Positions 1 to 64,000 of a DNA stretch of 64,000 bases are shown here, one piece after another. Location of the stretch: assembly GCA_051294375.1 (NCBI GenBank), contig CM119269.1, forward strand, positions 9,670,782 to 9,734,781, written 5' to 3'. Every line of letters starts with the position of its first letter. Positions within the stretch are counted from its first letter, which is position 1. Source of the DNA: Paraspadella gotoi. Its lineage: Eukaryota; Animalia; Chaetognatha. The translations under genes were made by a program, and so were the position numbers. The notes below the pieces were generated by a model that saw nothing but the letters and a program-made list of their open reading frames with translations, was not told the origin of the DNA and did no database searches.

Positions 1-607
1 TACGTAAGAACAAAGAAAGGAGGAGAAAAATGACACTAAAAAAAGAAATGATATCGGAAAATAAAATTTTAAAAAAGTAAAGAAGCCTGATAGAACAAAC
101 AAAAAAAGGGAAAAAAAGGAATAATATAAACAAGGAAAAGAGAAAAAAAAATAGTGGAAATCGTTCGAGTCGATGAAGAAAAGATATCAAGTAAAAAATA
201 TAGAGGAAAAACGGAACTAAACAGAAATTATTGAAAAATGATAACGAATGAGTGAATTTATGAGCACAACGACCTCTGGTTGTTTAAAAAAAATAGAGGA
301 CAACTAAGAAGAGAAAAAATAGAAAAATAAGCACAAAAACAGAAAAAAAAACTAAAGTTAAACTATAACTTGAATTCAAACAAAGTGAAAATAAATTAAT
401 TTAAAAAGTAATAAAATTATAAATGAGAGAAAGTCGGATAAGAAAATTGAAACAAAACTTAAAAAATAAAATAAATAAATAAAAACAAAACAGAATTGAG
501 ATAAAAAAAAGAAACATCAAAATCTCATCGTCTTTCCAAAAGTCGGAAATAATCGTGAGGAATTGAGTCTGAGATTTGGAAAAGTGCGAGGGAAGAGGAA
601 ATATGTG

Positions 608-649
<42 letters not shown>

Positions 650-1275
650 GATAAATTTTCCCCATCGTCTTTTCCAGATTCTCTTTTTCTTTATGAAATA
701 AATCCTCTTCAATCTTTTTATTCACATCTTCCTATCATCTCTCTCTGTCGTCTCTATCTCTATCATCTCTATCTCTTATCATCTCTCTCTGTCGTTTTCT
801 CTATCTCTATCTCTATCATCTATCTCTTTCTATTCATCTTCTATCTCTGTCGTCTCTATCTCTATCATCTCTATCTTCTTATATTCTCTCTGTCGTCTCT
901 ATCTCTATCATCTCTATCTTCCTATCATCTCTCTCTGTCGGCTCTATCTCTATCATCTCTATCTTTCTATCATCTCTCTCTGTCGTCTCTATCTCTATTA
1001 TCTCTATCTTCATATCATCTCACCACATTTTTATTCTCAGTTCTTCCCACACTTTGACCCGCTGACCGCAGCTCTCCTTTTCTTCTTCTTCTTCCTCTTC
1101 CTCCTCGTCCTCCTCCTCTTCTCTCTTCGTGTTTTTTATTAGTTCACTGACCCTAAATATAACTTTTTTTTAAAAAAACCCTAAAACGCATTCAATATCG
1201 TTTTATTCGAATTATGCTTTTTTTAGGCTAAAAGCCCCTCATTAGAGTTGAAGCATTCATGAGAGAGAGATATAT

Positions 1276-1391
<116 letters not shown>

Positions 1392-1441
1392 AAAATTTAA
1401 ACTCAATTAACGAAATTTTTTTAAAAAATTAGTGCTTCAAA

Positions 1442-1490
1442 AATTGAACAGGAAATAATTTCGAAAATCGAAATTATTTCCTGTTCAATT
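1442..1490. repeat. Perfect 23-bp inverted repeat with a 3-nt loop
   Basis: aattgaacaggaaataatttcga-aaa-tcgaaattatttcctgttcaatt. Confidence 0.95.
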
Positions 1491-1958
1491 CTTCAAAATC
1501 TTTTTTTATTAATCATTAATTAATTAATTTCTTAATTTTAAAGACAAAGGGTCAAATTATGGAATCCCGAGTTAAAAAAGTCATTCAAAATGAAATTCAA
1601 ACTGGCGACAGAAAAAGGAAAATTAAGCGAATTCACCGAATATTCACCATGAAAATCACTTCGTCGAGTGATCACTCAATTTTTTCGCTCTATCACACCC
1701 ACGCCCTATCACGGTATCACCACAGCATTCTATCACAATATTACCATTTCATTCAATCACTCTTCCCATACGTCATCTAATCCCCTCCTCCATCCCTTCC
1801 TCACCCCATCACCCAATCACTCCATCACCCCATCACCCCGTCAACCTTCTCCGACCCAAAGGAAAACCAATGAAAACCGAAGGCGATAAAATAGAAACGA
1901 AATCCGAAAACTCAGGGATTCATGAGTTAATAAAAGACTGAATAGAAGGAAATGTTGG

Positions 1959-2117
<159 letters not shown>

Positions 2118-2254
2118 GAGAAAGAGCCAGGAAGAGAGAAAGGGGAAAAGATAGTAAAGATATACAGACAGACATAGAAAAAAAGAGAGAGAGAGTCAAT
2201 GAGAATGAATGGAAGAGAGAGATATATATATTATATGTATTATATAAGCCTTAC

Positions 2255-64000
<61,746 letters not shown>

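Overview
AT-rich, microsatellite-laden animal (probably invertebrate) genomic DNA with five N gaps and patches of low-accuracy assembly. Almost all ORFs in the supplied track are translations of (GA)n, (GAC)n or (TTTC)n repeats. By manual splicing, the whole window lies inside one minus-strand gene for a group II-like metabotropic glutamate receptor. It has 17 exons here, 16 of them clean and phase-compatible and one frameshifted, and both gene ends fall outside the window. Two complete genes sit in its introns: an antisense 5-exon, 173-aa globin with an MGCxxS acylation motif (globin X-like), and a same-strand 3-exon, 355-aa Pim-family kinase with HND in place of HRD. Other notable items: (1) a >200-aa acidic/Pro-rich N-terminal extension of the receptor; (2) two GC-AG introns; (3) minisatellites that overlap splice donors; (4) a TSD-flanked solo LTR fused to about 54 nt complementary to mature tRNA-Lys; (5) a 2.1-kb foldback transposon; (6) a Penelope-type hammerhead ribozyme motif. 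All calls come from reading the sequence by eye; no searches were run.
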